Of a stretch of DNA of 64,000 nt, positions 62,186-64,000 are shown piece after piece. Position 1 is the stretch's first letter. Every line of letters begins with the position of its first letter. Origin of the DNA: Macrostomum hystrix (lineage: Eukaryota; Animalia; Platyhelminthes); the NCBI GenBank assembly GCA_950097015.1, contig CATNEN010000039.1, positions 19,282,001-19,346,000 of the forward strand, read 5' to 3'. The notes under the pieces were generated by a model. That model was not told where the DNA came from and did not search any database. It was given only the letters and a program-made list of their open reading frames with translations. Both the position numbers and the translations under genes were made by a program.

Positions 62186-62496
62186 CATTAGTTCTCTGCT
62201 GCTGGGGGAATTAGTTCTCTGCTGCTGGGGGAATTAGTTCTCTGCTGCTGGGGGAATTAGTTCTCTGCTGCTGGGGGAATTAGTTCTCTGCTGCTGGGAG
62301 TATTAGTTCTCTGTTGCTGGGGGAATTAGTTCTCTGCTGCTGGGGGAATTAGTTCTCTGCTGCTGGGAGTATTAGTTCTCTGTTGCTGGGGGAATTAGTT
62401 CTCTGCTGCTGGGGGAATTAGTTCTCTGCTGCTGGGGGAATTAGCTCTCTGCTGCTGGGAGTATTAGTTCTCTGCTGCTGGGTAAATTAGTTCTCA
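62186..62496. repeat. 23-bp minisatellite (ttagttctctgctgctgggggaa)n
   Basis: About 13 units. Confidence 0.95.
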
Positions 62497-62499
62497 TGG

Positions 62500-62797
62500 C
62501 AAAACCAGCGTTTGAATCATTCTAAGCCAGAGTCTGAATCATGGCTAAACCAGAGCTTGAATCATGGCTAAACCAGAGCTTGAATCATGGCTAAACCAGA
62601 GTTTGAATCATGGCTAAATCAGAGTTTGAATCATGGCTAAACCAGAGTTTGAATCATGGCTAAATTTAAGTTTGAATCATGGCTAAACCAGAGTCTCAAT
62701 CATGGCTAAACCAGAGTCTCAATCATGGCTAAACCAGAGCTTGAATCATGGCTAAACAAGAGTTTGAATCATGGCTAAACCAGAGTTTGAATCATGG
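62500..62797. repeat. 23-bp minisatellite (tgaatcatggctaaaccagagtt)n
   Basis: About 12 units. Confidence 0.95.
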
Positions 62798-62974
62798 AAA
62801 AAATTTTATTTTGTCATTGAATTGAATTCTCTAACTTTTGATTTTGTTGTGTTATATCATCATAATGATATTCAATTAATTCATTTAATTGTTGTACTTC
62901 TCAATTTTCTACAAAAGCAGCTAATATAAATATTTTTAAAGCAGCTAATATAAATATTCAACAGGCAAAAATTT

Positions 62975-63540
62975 TCAACTGAGGATCATTATCAATAGGG
63001 AGTAATCATCAAATGAGGGATCATGATCAACTGGGGGATCATTGTCAACTAAGGGGTCATTGTCAACCGGCGGATCATTGTCAAATGGGGGATCATTGTC
63101 AACTGGGAATCATCATCAATGGGGATTATCATCAATGGGGATTATCATCAAATAGGGGATCATGGTCAACTGGGGGATCATGGTCAACTGGGGGATCATT
63201 GTCAACTGGTGGAACATTGTCAACTGGGGGATCATCATCAACTGGGGGATCATTGTCAACTGGGGGATCATTGTCAACGGGGGGAACATTGTCAACTGAG
63301 TATCATCATCAATGGGGATTATCATCAAATCGGGGATCATGGTCAACTGGGGGATCATTGTCAACTGGGGAATCATTGTCAACTGGGGGATCATTGTCAA
63401 CTGGGGGATCATTGTCAACTGGGGGATCATTGTCATCTGGGGGATCATTGTCAACTGGGGGATCATTGTCAACTGGGGGATCATTGTCAACTGGGGGATC
63501 AATCTCATCTAGAGGATAAATGTCATCTGGGGGATCATTT
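62975..63540. repeat. 18-bp minisatellite (tcaactgggggatcattg)n
   Basis: About 30 degenerate units. Confidence 0.94.
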
Positions 63541-63699
63541 TATCTTTAAGAAGCTGTAAATTCAGCTGCTTAAAAGTATATACTCGACGAATTAAAATTT
63601 TTTCTGCTCCCCGAAGGGGGGCAAAACTTGCTAGTGATATACTATATTTGCAAAAGGGCTGTGAGCACTTACACTTGGTGACAGTGGACTCAAAGAGTT

Positions 63700-64000
63700 C
63701 TCCCCATTCACTGACTTCTGAGCACACACGCACACAGATACTGGACACACGCACACAGATACTGGACACACGCACACAGATACTGGACACACGCACACAG
63801 ATACTGGACACACGCACACAGATACTGGACACACGCACACAGATACTGGACACACGCACACAGATACTGGACACACGCACACAGATACTGGACACACGCA
63901 CACACATACTGGACACACGCACACACATACTGGACACACGCACACAGATACTGGACACACGCACACAGATACTGGACACACGCACACACATACTGGACAC
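63700..64000. repeat. 21-bp minisatellite (acacacgcacacagatactgg)n grown from a SINE family 2 remnant; runs off the window edge
   Basis: Lead-in ccccattcactgacttctgagcacacacgcacacagatac matches SINE family 2 at ~35733-35772. Confidence 0.9.

Larger units (their letters stand above)
60845..63634 (+). mobile_element. Non-autonomous Helitron (2.8 kb) related to the upstream element
   Basis: Starts TCCAACTATACTAAAT + (tctg)n; 61000-61290 is colinear with 48820-49115; ends with hairpin tgctcccc-gaa-ggggggca and aaacttgCTAG (63631-63634)|T; no coding capacity seen. Confidence 0.9.

Overview
Eukaryotic (metazoan) genomic DNA with spliceosomal introns, GC-rich exons and very dense minisatellites; by eye it resembles a free-living flatworm such as Macrostomum, but that is inference only. 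Host genes, left to right: a multi-exon CLC chloride channel (-, ~2.0-8.9 kb) whose gating-glutamate motif reads GMLGP; a divergently oriented KIAA2012-like coiled-coil gene (+, 11.1-23.4 kb); an intracellular CAP/GAPR-1-like gene (+, 25.2-27.6 kb); an intronless neuropeptide GPCR (-, 31.2-32.4 kb); and two apparently disabled PAN/apple-containing lectin genes (fibrinogen-related at 37.7-40.0 kb, fucolectin-type at 45.2-46.5 kb). The main mobile element is an apparently intact ~12.2-kb autonomous Helitron (48683-60844). Its 11-exon gene (1763 aa in my exon model) fuses 23-aa STPR-like repeats, an OTU protease, a zinc finger, an HUH Rep and a PIF1 helicase. It carries a Penelope-like GIY-YIG fragment with a minimal hammerhead ribozyme and is joined head-to-tail to a related 2.8-kb non-autonomous Helitron filled with minisatellites. 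Also present: a decayed CRE-like non-LTR element with a 698-bp internal duplication, two multi-copy tRNA-derived SINE families (one a CORE-SINE), a MITE family and more than 15 tandem repeats. Family assignments come from remembered motifs, not database searches, and exon boundaries were read by eye.
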